Positions 1-10,597 of a stretch of DNA of 64,000 nucleotides are shown here, piece by piece. Position numbers and translations under genes: made by a program. The notes under the pieces are model-generated. The model worked only from the letters and a program-made list of their open reading frames with translations. It ran no database searches and was not told the DNA's origin. Numbering within the stretch: the first letter of the stretch is position 1; the number at the start of each line of letters is the position of its first letter. This DNA comes from Rebecca billardiae RCC1528 (lineage: Eukaryota > Protista > Haptophyta), in contig OZ251235.1 in the NCBI GenBank assembly GCA_965240325.2, positions 620,001-684,000 on the forward strand, read 5' to 3'.

Positions 1-10
1 TTCAGTGGCG

Positions 11-562
11 ATGGCTGTCGTGCAGCTCGCAGTGGCGGCCCTGGCCTTCACCACCCGCTCGGCCGGCCACGTGGGTGTACGCGGCGGCGCAGGAGCCGGC
101 CTCGTCCGGCCGCTCCAGCTCAGCAGGCGCAGCCTGGTCGTCTCCTCGGACGGCGAAGAGCCCGGCGAGGTGCCGAGGCTCGCGGACGACCAACGGAGCG
201 GACCGAGCGAGTCGGAGCTGCTGAGCGACATCGCGCGCTTCAAGGAGCGCGAGGCGGTATCTGCGCAGGAGGCGGCCGAGAGCGGGCCTGACATCGCAAT
301 GACCATCATCAACGGGCTCGGCGTCATCCTCACCTGCAACTTCGTCATCATCGTCGGGTTGTTCGGCTGGTTCCTCGTAGGCGCGGTCGGACAGCTCGGC
401 TTCAAGAACACGGGCGTCATCGAGAGCTTCCGCGGCGCGTGGGACCCGTTCATCCTGCCGCTGCTCACCACGCACATGGCGCTCACGTTCCTGTCCAAGG
501 GCATCGAGAAGGTGTCTGGCAAGGAGGATGAGGGGTCGATCAGCGGCGGCTGGAAGATCTGA
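11..562 (+). CDS. Hypothetical membrane protein, probably plastid-targeted
   Basis: ATG at 11. Hydrophobic signal-like N-terminus ending ALA-F, then an R/S-rich transit-like stretch and two C-terminal hydrophobic helices. Coding-like codon usage. Confidence 0.7.
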   Translation: MAVVQLAVAALAFTTRSAGHVGVRGGAGAGLVRPLQLSRRSLVVSSDGEEPGEVPRLADDQRSGPSESELLSDIARFKEREAVSAQEAAESGPDIAMTIINGLGVILTCNFVIIVGLFGWFLVGAVGQLGFKNTGVIESFRGAWDPFILPLLTTHMALTFLSKGIEKVSGKEDEGSISGGWKI

Positions 563-1501
563 TTGATCATCGGCGCGCGCGTGGACCGTGGACCCGTGCC
601 GGCTGCCTGTCGCCAGAGCCGCAACGCCCGTCGGCTCGGCACGACGTAATCTGGGACGCATGGGCGGCGGGCACCGAAGCTGCTCCCGATACCTGCCCTG
701 GCAAACGGTGGCATCTGCTGTGGGCCCCATCTCGGTGACATCTGCTGTGGGCCCACGCAGCGCAGGTCTCCCGAGGACGGAGAGTGAGGCCCGCCGCTGG
801 GCCGCCGCGCGCCGTTGTCCGTTCACGGCGTTCACCGCGGGGCGGCCTCCAAGGCCGATTCGTACGTATAGTTCACATTTATTCCTCAACGACGAGCCGG
901 ACCCGGTATTTTAATAATAATAATAATATTATTATTATTAAATATACTGCGTGACCTATTTAAGCCGAGTCTCAGGGCCTCCGAGTGGCATCGGCGCACG
1001 GTGTCGCACAGACAGATCCTGTAGTGGCACAGTCCCGCGACTGCGGGCGAGTCGGCGACTGCCGGGCCGCGAGTCCGATAAACTAGTTGTACTTGAGCAC
1101 GGCCGCAGTAATAATAATACTAAGATCAGGGGACCTGTCGGTCCTGTCCGCCTCTGCCTCTGGGGCCCGCGGGCTCGGCCTCGGGACAAGTCGGGTCATG
1201 GGCCGCGACTAATTAGGGCTTAGGCGCGAGTGCGACCGGCGACCGACCTCGACCGTTGCCGGCGGCGTTCGGGTCCGATCTGAGTCTCCATCAAGTGCAG
1301 ACCACCTCGCCACCCGACGACATGGCGACGTCCCGGGCCACAGGCCCGCGCCGTTGCGTCGACGACGGGCGAGCGCAATGGAGGTCCGAGGGGTCTTGCT
1401 GAAGTCTGAAGAGGCGCATGCCCCGCCTGAAGGAGCACCCAGAGGGCTGCTGCGCCCCAGGCCACGCCGCGTGTCACGCAGGGCAGGCCGCCGCTGAGCG
1501 C

Positions 1502-2998
1502 CTATCGCAACCGCCGCTTGCCAAACGCGCCGATCTTGCTCAGGATCGCCTCGAACCGCTCGTGATAGACCTCTTCGAACGTCTTGTTCTCGCTCAGCAT
1601 CGCCTGCTCGATGAGATCGTGCTGCTCCTGGGCGTAGTCGTGCGCCTGCTGCGCCTGCTCCTTGAGCTGCTTGCGCACCTCCTTCTGCTTCTTGTACTCA
1701 TCGTGAGTAAGCAGGTCCTCCCCCTTCACCTTTCCATGCCACTTGCGGTAGCCCTTCAGCAGGCCCGTCTTATGGTCGCGCTGTGCCTCGTACGTGGTGA
1801 AGTCGTCCTGGAAGCCGTCGAACCATTCCACCCTCGACTCGTTCAGCCCGCGCGTGCCGCACACCATGTGCGCCGCGCCCACGTGCCGCTCGTGATCGTC
1901 CAGCTCGTACCCGTCGTCGTCGCCGTTGCGGCATTTCAGGTGGTTATTCGTGGCCTTGGACATGGTGGCGCGCCCGCACAGCTGCGGCGCGCCGCCTTTG
2001 TGGCAGGTGATACTGACGGTCCCCGCGCTGCAGGCATCACCCTCGCAGTCCACCACCTCGCACGCCTGGCGGCGCGGGGGCGCAGCGCGAGGGGTGGCAT
2101 GGCGATGAGCGCGCCGCGCCGCGCTGCCACGGCACCGCGCCCCGCGCCGCGCGCCCCGCGCACCGACATGCTTTTGGCCGAGACTGATTCGGCGCTGCAC
2201 TTGACGAGCTTCTTCGGCGTCCTGTACTTGTCCAGGTACACCGCGGGGTAGTCCGGCTCGCCGTGGTGCCCGTTGATGGTCCGGACCTCCTCAAAGTTGA
2301 GCGCGCGGCACACCGTGGCGCCCAGGTTCCGCAGGTGGGTTTCGTCGACAGACTTGGGCGACACAAAGACCCAGCCCTCGTGCTTGTCCCAGATCTGTAT
2401 GTGCCCCGTCTCGTACGTGGTGAGCCGCACGTCGACGTTGTGGATTCCGTTGTTGCACCACTCCTTCTGGTCGATGCACGGGTGCGCTTCCGTCACGTAG
2501 TCGATCGGAGCCATGTCGCCCTCGGTGAAGTTGCAGCGCACATAGTTCTGGACGAAGCTAATGAAGTTGCCACCGTGTCCACTCACAATGCCAGGAATAG
2601 GCCTGTGCGCGCGCGCCACGCACGGCGCACCCGGCGACGGCAGGCACGCGGGCGCGCGTGAGCAAGCACAGCTGCACTCGCGCTCGTCACTCACCCCGCG
2701 CTCGCCGCACACACCTGCACGCGCACTTGTGGTCGAAGATGCCCTTCAGCCCGGCACAACATGCCGCGCCGTCGACGTTCGATTTGCACGGCATCAGGCG
2801 AATGTAATCCCCGAGCGCGCACGAGCCGTGCACGTCGTCGCCCTTATACCATTTCTCCACCTCCTCCCGCTCGGGCCGGCCGCCGGGCGCGGCTGTTCGT
2901 TCTGTGTCGACGAAGAGCTGCACGAGCGCAAAGACTAGCAGTGCCCCGCCCACTGCCGCCAGCGCTTGCGCCCTCGCGGAGGCCTGCGGCCCGGCCAT
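1502..2998 (-). CDS. Type II membrane/secreted Cys-rich protein with SRCR-like domain; 3 exons (introns 2603-2714, 2066-2163)
   Basis: Three ORF fragments join in frame at GT..AG sites (TGC AG|G CCT; TCG|GCG). N-terminal hydrophobic anchor. VRL...GHIQIW...GWVFV...ATVCRALNF resembles the SRCR start. C-terminal coiled-coil. Confidence 0.7.
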
Positions 2999-3401
2999 CA
3001 GCCCCGACGCCGCGCACCTCCACCGAGGCCAGCGGCGGAGTAGCAGATGCAGGCCTCCCTGCTTGTCGTGAGGCTGCCTTTTTTTCAAGCGCACCACTTG
3101 TGGATCCACCGATGATGGCGCCACCGGGTTTTGTCCGCCACTTTATTCTCAGCTTCAACCGCCGCGCCGCCGCAAGCCCGCCGCGCGCTCCGGTCGGCGG
3201 CTTTCAGCGGCTCCCAGCGCCCGGAGTTCAAGGGCCGGAGTTGTTGTTCACTCGGTGTTTTGGCGGTGATGACCGTGGGATTGCTATTGTGAATAGCAGC
3301 AGATACTGGGACGAACCGCCACATCCGATCCCAGAATTCCCCTTTGCGCACGCCGCCGGGCGCGCGCTTGCTCACCAGCTCATCCTTTTCGCGACGATCC
3401 C

Positions 3402-4739
3402 ATGGAGGGCACGCGCGCCGGCGCGTGCCCGAAGGGGGTGGAGCCCCCACAGATTGGCGGCGGAACGCAGGAGGTGAGCGTCTCGGGACACCGCCACTCG
3501 TACCTGCTGTACGTGCCGCGCGCCGCAAGCGATGAACCGCATATCGCGCGGCCGCTCGTCCTGCTCGCGCCCTCGAGCCGCACGGGCCCCGAGACGATGC
3601 TGCGGCAGTCGGAGCTCGCAGAGCTGTCTGAGGCGCACGGCTTCGTCATCGCCGTGCTGATCGGGTCGGATAAGCTCAACCTGCACTTCCGCCGCCGGCG
3701 GCTCTCCGCGCAACACCGTGGCGACCGCGACTACGTGCGCAGTGTGATCGCGCACGCCTCGTCCATCACGTGCATAGACCCCGCGCGTGTCGCGTGCACG
3801 GGCATGTCGCGCGGCGCGCGCTTCTGTTCGGTGACGGTGCGTGAGCTATCCGACGTGATCTCCATCGTCGTGCCCGTCTCCGGCGTGCGCTTCCCCCGGC
3901 ACATGCGCGCGCCCCGCGGCGTGCCGCTGCTCACCTTCCACGGCACGGCCGACCACACGAACCCGTTCCGAGGCGGCGGCCCCAAGTACTGGGGCTCGTC
4001 GGTGCACAGCGCGGTGAAGAAGTGGAAGGACTTCAACGGCTGCCGGCGCGCCCTGACGTTCTGCGCGGGCGACCTCACTGCGGAGGTGCACACGGACTGC
4101 CGCGACGGCGCGGACGTGGTGCTGTGTCGGGTCGAGGGCGGCGGCCACCGCTGGCCGCGCGAGGGCGACGCGGGGAGCGGCGCACCGCACCCGAACAGCG
4201 TGATCTGGTCGTTTCTGCAGGCGCACTGGGATGCGGCGCCGCTCAATGGCTCGGCTGCGCCAGGCTGGGATGCGACGCCGCGCAACGGCTCGGCCGCGCC
4301 GGGCTGGGGTGCGACGGCGCACAATGGCACCACCGCAGCGGTCGGGGACGGAACGCCGCGCAACGGCACGGCCGTGGCGGTCGGCCTCGGCACCGAGATC
4401 GCGTGGGTGCCATGCGGCGCGGGGTGGCATCGCCTCCGTCACGACGATGGCGCGCCGCCCGTTCCGCCGCCGGAGCACGTGCACAACCTGACCCACTACG
4501 TGCACGCGCGCGGGAGCCCGACGCTGCACGAGGTGCTGGGCGTCTGGCACCTCACGCAGAGCAAGCCCGCGGCGCAAGGGCCGTTCGACTCGCACCGTCC
4601 ATTGGGGTGGGCAGCTGTGATCACCGTCCCTGCCGCCATGGCGGCAGTTGCGCTCGCGCTGATGGCGGCCTTGCGGCGATGGCCTCGAGACGGCAGCGAG
4701 GCCAGCGCGCGGCGGTCGCGGGCTCGCGGGATGCTGTGA
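3402..4739 (+). CDS. Alpha/beta-hydrolase (PHB depolymerase/LpqC/feruloyl esterase-like) with C-terminal TM anchor
   Basis: GMSRG nucleophile elbow, FHGTAD acid, GGGHRWP His. N-glycosylation-rich repeat stalk and a C-terminal hydrophobic helix. Start uncertain. Confidence 0.8.
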   Translation: MEGTRAGACPKGVEPPQIGGGTQEVSVSGHRHSYLLYVPRAASDEPHIARPLVLLAPSSRTGPETMLRQSELAELSEAHGFVIAVLIGSDKLNLHFRRRRLSAQHRGDRDYVRSVIAHASSITCIDPARVACTGMSRGARFCSVTVRELSDVISIVVPVSGVRFPRHMRAPRGVPLLTFHGTADHTNPFRGGGPKYWGSSVHSAVKKWKDFNGCRRALTFCAGDLTAEVHTDCRDGADVVLCRVEGGGHRWPREGDAGSGAPHPNSVIWSFLQAHWDAAPLNGSAAPGWDATPRNGSAAPGWGATAHNGTTAAVGDGTPRNGTAVAVGLGTEIAWVPCGAGWHRLRHDDGAPPVPPPEHVHNLTHYVHARGSPTLHEVLGVWHLTQSKPAAQGPFDSHRPLGWAAVITVPAAMAAVALALMAALRRWPRDGSEASARRSRARGML

Positions 4740-5574
4740 CCCCCCGCGCCCTGGGCAGCCGACACAGGCTGCTCGGCGCCGCTCTGCACCTCAGCACGCC
4801 CGCGCCAGCTGCCAGCGGCACACTCGGCGTGATCCGAGTAGCCTGTGAGCACCCCTGCGACTGTCGGTGTGGCGCTCCCCGGCCCCGTGCCGACGGGCCG
4901 CAGCCCGGCAGCGACCACGCCGCCGCAGCCTGAGCGCGGGCATCGCTCACTATTCGCTGCTGGGCATCCGCCTCATCGACCTCATCCTGCCGAGATCCCC
5001 GGAGATGTACTGAAGATATATGGTCCCAACTGGGCGGAGTCTCAACCGTCCGCGCTCCAGCTCGACAGCGTGAGCGCCTCCCGCCGGTGTGACCCGGACT
5101 GAACTCGCAACCGTGCCCGCCTATAGCTGCCTGTCGCGCCGAAGACGGCTGGTTAGTTAAAAAAGACTGATATGAGTCAGACCGGGTGAGTGAGTCAGAG
5201 TCTCAGACCCATTCTATGATTTAACGACACAGGTAGGACGGCGCAGGTCTCCTGATTCGTCGACCGGTTGTCCGCCGGGATATAATATATGATCGGCTAC
5301 GCGCCGATCTTCGGGTAGTAAACAACGAAGTTGAGGGCGCACGGCCCTAGCAGCCGGCTTGCATGACGACACGGTCGGACGGTCGGACGGTGCATGCGCC
5401 GTGCAGCCGAGTCACACTGGCGAGTCAGCCGACTGCCAAGTGCTCGGCTCAGTGTGAACGGCGACGCAGCTGAGGCAGAGCGGCGCGCAATAAGATCCGA
5501 CAGCCGGGCGGCGGCGCCGGGGGTGCACGCGAGCTCGCACGCGCGTTGTGTGCGCAGCCGCGCTGCGCGCAGAG

Positions 5575-6243
5575 CAGCCACAGCGCCGCGCCCGACCACT
5601 TCGCGAGAAGGCAGAAGCCGCGCTCGGCGCCGCGCGCGGCGGCCGAGCAGCGGCGCCTCCGCGGCGCGCGCCGCGCCGCCGCCGCCCGCCTCAGCCAGGA
5701 CCACGGCGCGCGAGCGGCTTGCGGCTTGCGGCGGCGGCGGGCAGCGGCGGCTCGGCGAGCGCGCACAGCGCTCCCTCGAGCGAGTCCATAGCCGCGCGAG
5801 CGCGCCCGCACGGCCGAGCGCCGCGGGTCGCGCGCCGCGCGCCATCGCCCACACGGCCGCGGCCGCGTGCGCCGCCGTCCGCCACGAGGGCGCGGTGCAG
5901 TGGTGCGAGCCACAGCGCCGCGCCCGACCACTGCGCGAGAAGCCGCTGCGCCGCGCGCGGCGGCAGCAGCGGCGCCTCCGCAGCGCGCCACGCCGCCGCC
6001 GCCGGCGCGCCTCGCCGCGGCCGCGGCGCGCGAGCGGCCTGCGGCTTGCGGCGGCGGCGGGCAGCGGCGGCTCGGCGAGCGCGCACAGCGCTCCCTCGAG
6101 CGAGTCCATAGCCGCGCGAGCGCGCCCGCACGGCCGAGCGCCGCCGCGTATGTCGGGTCACGCGCCGCATCGCCCGCACGGCGGCCCGGCGGACGCCGTC
6201 ACTCACGCCGGGCGCCGCCGTCCGCCACGAGGGCGCGGTGCGG
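5575..6243. repeat. Imperfect tandem duplication, ~320-340 bp unit, two copies
   Basis: Near-identical ~120 bp blocks (cgagtccatagcc at ~5781 and ~6101). Shared anchors cacagcgccgcgcccgaccact (~5579/5911) and ccgccacgagggcgcggtgc (~5879/6222). Confidence 0.8.
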
Positions 6244-7762
6244 TGGCGCACGCGGCGGGCTCGGCGGGGTCGAGCGCGCAGTGCGCAATCACCTCGAGCA
6301 GCAGCTGCGCCACCTCGTATGCGCGCAGCGTCGGCGCGTCGGCGTGCGGCGCGTGGTGTGGCGCGGCACGTGACGCCTCGCACGGGGGTCCGATTTCAAA
6401 GTGACGGTTCACGACTCGCAACTCGCGCTTATTATTATGGTTTCAGGCTGCTCACAATAATCTCAAATCACATCACGCGGGTGATCACTAATCACCTTTA
6501 CAATTTACAGTCCCGGCCGCCATCATTCGTTGATGAGTGAATTGAGGACTCATCAACAAATGCTCATATGCATCAAGCTGTCCCAGAGACGCCGGTCCGG
6601 AGAGCGAGAACGTTCGTCTTCAGGTTGTGTCGTTCATCTCAAATACGAGAAGCGACGGTTCATGACTTCAGATGCCGGCAATACTTTACTTCAAGCGACA
6701 TAAAAGCCGACCGAACCTCTCTTTTCTATGGTTGGCGAGCTGTTTCAGGCTCTTACAATTCAGGCATATTACTAGGACGGAATGCTCGAACACACGGCTG
6801 GTCTTTTGTGCTATTCCGCCCTGCATTCCCCTAAGTGTTACTATCGTTAAAATTAGCATCTACTACAAACGCAATCATTGCGGCAGCGATATCCACTCAT
6901 ACGTACGCAAGGCCACCCACAAAAATCCCCAAAATCCTGCGCGCATCCTCTTTTTGATTTTGCGGAGCACGTGCGCCGCCCCCCCCCCCGGCTTTCGCTC
7001 ACGCTCAGACCTTTCGGGGGGGGGGCGTGCGCCATAAATATATATGCATCATTTCGATCGTCACCATATTATTCCATTGCCGCCCTGCCATTGGCGGGTC
7101 CCGCGCCGCCGGCGTGAGACGCAGGACACGCGGGTCCGCCCGCCCGGGTCCGCCCGGTCCGTACGCCCGGCCCGCCGCGCCAGCCGGACGGCGGTCAGGC
7201 GACTGATCGATGTATAGACACTATCGGACGACCGACTCTGAGCCCCGTCACTCAGAGCCCGCGTGCCGCTCTGTAGACTGTAGCGGTAGCGCGCCGTCGA
7301 GCGGTCTGAGACTGACTGACTAGTGACTGTGAGTATCGTCGGGCTCGACGTACTGATGACGCGACGTCTAAGTGATGACTCTTAGCCGCGCGCGGCGCCA
7401 GGCCAGCGGGCCGGGTCCCGGACGGACCGACCGACCGGTGACCGTTACTCCGCGCCCGCGGTTCGATCGAATCCTAGGGCTAGCCCGTAGCTACTCTTAT
7501 TGCGGCTCCGTCCCGGACCGTCAGGCGTCACCAACCCCGGTGCGGATGATCGTCGAGACAAAAACAAGTAGCAGATTGTAAAGTATGTGTGGCAGCCCGT
7601 TCGCCCACTCGGCTAGAAGGTCTGGATCATTGGCCGAGTCGGGGCGAAGGGGCTGCGGCGCGGACTCTCGTTGGCCGCCTTCTGACTTGGTTCCGCGAGC
7701 TCTCATGGCCGCTCGTTCCCGGTGACAGACTCAGATCGACCCAAAAATCACCCTGGGTCGCG

Positions 7763-8086
7763 TCAGGTGCTCGAAGAGACAACAGCATAGAACGATACGA
7801 ACGCAAGCGCGAACGCGACAACCACACCCGCGACGTAGGGCGCGAGGTAGCTGATCAGCGAGTCTGCGTCTTCGCGCGGTTGAAGGTCACCAGAGCCACC
7901 AGAGCCGAGCGGCTCATCCTCGTCCGGGAGGTTGGCGGTGGGAAAGGAGCGGGGCCGCGTGGTCGAAGCTACGCCTGGAGCCCAGCCCAAGGGTCGCGCG
8001 CGCGTGAGTCCGCTCTGAGGAGAATGCCATGCGTGAACTTGCACCACCACCAAGCAAGCCAGAAGCCGAGGAAGAAGAGCAGCCAT
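7763..8086 (-). CDS. Small single-pass membrane protein with signal/bipartite presequence
   Basis: MAALLPRLLACLVVVQVHAW signal, R/S/T-rich stretch, acidic linker, C-terminal TM (YLAPYVAGVVVAFALAFVSFYAVV). Confidence 0.6.
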   Translation of the reverse strand: MAALLPRLLACLVVVQVHAWHSPQSGLTRARPLGWAPGVASTTRPRSFPTANLPDEDEPLGSGGSGDLQPREDADSLISYLAPYVAGVVVAFALAFVSFYAVVSSST

Positions 8087-8196
8087 GCTTGCGACCTTCC
8101 CTCCCGGCTCGGCGAGGCTTCTGGACCGTGCGGGCGGTGGCGGCTGCCCACCCCGACCGGTGGTCATTATTATACTGATCAAGTGTTCGTCCGGCC

Positions 8197-10197
8197 ATGG
8201 GCGCGAAGAAGCGGAAGAGCGGGTACCAGCGGCGCAAGGAGCGCCCGACGGAGAGCCGCGGCATCATCTCGTACAAGTACTACCAACGCGGGGTCGAGCG
8301 TCGGGCCCCCACCTATGGGTCGCGCGCGAGCGCGTCGCTCGCGCGCGCGCTCGCCGCGCTGCTGCGCGCGCGGCGCTGGGCGGAGGCGTCGAGCGTGGTG
8401 CCGGCGCTGCTGCGCGCATTCGGCCGCGTGCACTCGTCCGTCTATGTCCTCGCGTTCGAAGTGCTGCGGCACGAGCGCGCCACGTGGCGGCAGGCCATGC
8501 TCTTCGCCCGGAGGCTCATCCGCATCTGCCCTGCGCAGGCGGCGCCGCTGCAGATGATGCTCGCGTGCTTCCTGCTCGAGATCGGCCGGCTGGACGACGC
8601 GATGCACGCGGCCGCCCAGCTGCGCGCATTGCGAGACGCCGGCGACCTCGCCGCACCCGCGCACGCCCTGCAGGCCGCCATTGCCTTCCAGCTCGCGCGC
8701 GCCGCGCTCGTGGGCGGCGCGCGCTCCGCCTCGGCCAGCGGTGCGGCCGCTCGCAGCGACGGCACGCGGGGCGCGATGGTGCCCGGCTCGCCTTCGTCGC
8801 GCCGCGACGCACCGGGCGGCGCGCGCGACGCCGCTCGGCACGACCCCGCAGCCCACGCCGACGTGCTCCAGTGGGACCTGCCCACCGCGCCGAGCGCGCC
8901 CGCGGCGGAGCGCGCGCTGTTGGAGGCGGGCGTGTGCGCCGCTGCCGCGGCCAAGGACGGCGCGCGCGCATCGGGGCTGGTGCTGTGCGCTGCGCAGCTG
9001 CGCGCACGCGCGCACGGCCGCCCCGAGCACGCGCGCCAGCTCGTGCGCGAGCACGCGCACGCCCACCCGGACGACCTCGGCGCGTGGCACGCGTACCTTT
9101 GGCTGGCCGAGCGCGGGGAGCAGGTCGGCGTGGGCGCGGTCGCGGCGCGCGCGGGCGCAGGCGCAGGTGGCGCTCAGGCGCTTGCTGTGCACCGCGCATC
9201 GGCCGCCGCCGAGGACACGGAGGTGCGCGCGCACCTCCTCGACGCGGCGCGCGGCGTGCTGCGCCTCGACGCCGCGTGCGCGCGCGCGCACGCGGCGCTG
9301 CATCGGGCCGCCGGATTGGGAGCCGCCGCCGAGGGAGCGGCGGTGTCCGCCGCTCGGCCGCGCGACAGCGCCGACCAGGGCGGCACTGGTGGCGCACCCA
9401 CGTCCGCGCCGCCGCCCCTGCCCTCGCTCTCAGTGCCCACCGCCGAGCTGCTTGAGACCGCGGCGCAGTGGGTGGAGGGCCACGGGCAGAGTCTGGCCGC
9501 GTGGGAGCGGCTGGCCGAGCTGCTGCGGCTGCAGCTCACGCGCAAGCGCGCCGCTGCGAGGGCGGAGCCGAGCAAGGCGGGCGGCGTGGGCGCGCGCGCA
9601 CTCGTGCCCTCGCCATCCGCGCCGGCCTCTGCGGCCGCCGCCTCGCCGTCGGCCGCCGATACGCTCCGCGCGCTGCTGCCGCTCGAGCTGAGTGGCCCGG
9701 CGTGGGCGGACCGGCGGCGCTGGTGGGCGCGCACGTACTTCCGCTGCGACCGCGTGCTCGCGCTCGCCGCCCAGCCGACGCCGGGCGAGGCGCACGATCT
9801 CGGGCCCACGCTTGGCGTGCGCGCGTTCTGCGCCCTGTGCATGTTTGGCCCGGAGTGCCAGCTGCTCCAGTCGCTGCTGTTCGTGCGCTCGACGGCCGTG
9901 ATGGCGTGCCGGCTGGAGGTGGAGCGGCTGAGCCGCGAGCTCGGCACGAACGTGCGCGCGCTTGAGGACCGCGCGCTCGCGGCGCGGCTGGCGACCAGCC
10001 TCGCCCTGCGCCGCGCGGAGGCGGTGGGCGCGCTGCGCGAGCTGCGCTGGCGCGATCTCGTCGAGCGCGTGCGCGCCGTGCACGCGCGTGTCGCGGCCGA
10101 GATGTGTGACCCTCATTCGGTCGCGCGGCAGCAGGCGATGTCCGAGGTCCTCCGCTGGCGCGAGTCTCGTGCAGCGGAGCCTGCGGCTACTGCGTAG
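8197..10197 (+). CDS. TAF1A/Rrn11-like RNA polymerase I core factor subunit (TPR-like helical)
   Basis: Basic NLS at the N-terminus. LLRARRWAEASSVVPALL resembles the TAF1A/Rrn11 N-terminal motif, and WADRRRWWARTYF resembles the TAF1A WxxRxxWW..xF motif. Confidence 0.55.
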   Translation: MGAKKRKSGYQRRKERPTESRGIISYKYYQRGVERRAPTYGSRASASLARALAALLRARRWAEASSVVPALLRAFGRVHSSVYVLAFEVLRHERATWRQAMLFARRLIRICPAQAAPLQMMLACFLLEIGRLDDAMHAAAQLRALRDAGDLAAPAHALQAAIAFQLARAALVGGARSASASGAAARSDGTRGAMVPGSPSSRRDAPGGARDAARHDPAAHADVLQWDLPTAPSAPAAERALLEAGVCAAAAAKDGARASGLVLCAAQLRARAHGRPEHARQLVREHAHAHPDDLGAWHAYLWLAERGEQVGVGAVAARAGAGAGGAQALAVHRASAAAEDTEVRAHLLDAARGVLRLDAACARAHAALHRAAGLGAAAEGAAVSAARPRDSADQGGTGGAPTSAPPPLPSLSVPTAELLETAAQWVEGHGQSLAAWERLAELLRLQLTRKRAAARAEPSKAGGVGARALVPSPSAPASAAAASPSAADTLRALLPLELSGPAWADRRRWWARTYFRCDRVLALAAQPTPGEAHDLGPTLGVRAFCALCMFGPECQLLQSLLFVRSTAVMACRLEVERLSRELGTNVRALEDRALAARLATSLALRRAEAVGALRELRWRDLVERVRAVHARVAAEMCDPHSVARQQAMSEVLRWRESRAAEPAATA

Positions 10198-10534
10198 TAC
10201 GGAGTGGCACGCGCGTTGCCGAGCCGTGGCCGACCGTGTGGCGTGTGGGCTGTGGCGTGTCCGCGACAGACGCAGTGACGACGAATTCAAGAACTCACCT
10301 CTCGTAGGCTGCGCATGCGGTCAACAGCCGTCATATCGTGCACCGCCCGCCCGGGCGCCCACCGCGCCGCGGCGGGCCACCAGCGGCAGTGCCGGCCGTG
10401 CCAGACGGACGCGGACGCGGGACGGTCGGCGGCGGCACCGCGTCCGCGCGCGCGCGGCAGGCCGCAGGCGCATCAGTGTCCTCAGTCTGCTGGGTACTCA
10501 TTTATAATAATCAGCCAACTACTTACTATACTAA

Positions 10535-10555
10535 TATAATATATATATATTATAA

Positions 10556-10593
<38 letters not shown>
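10535..10593. repeat. (TA)n microsatellite / AT island
   Basis: Long tatata run in an otherwise GC-rich sequence. Confidence 0.95.
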
Positions 10594-10597
<4 letters not shown>

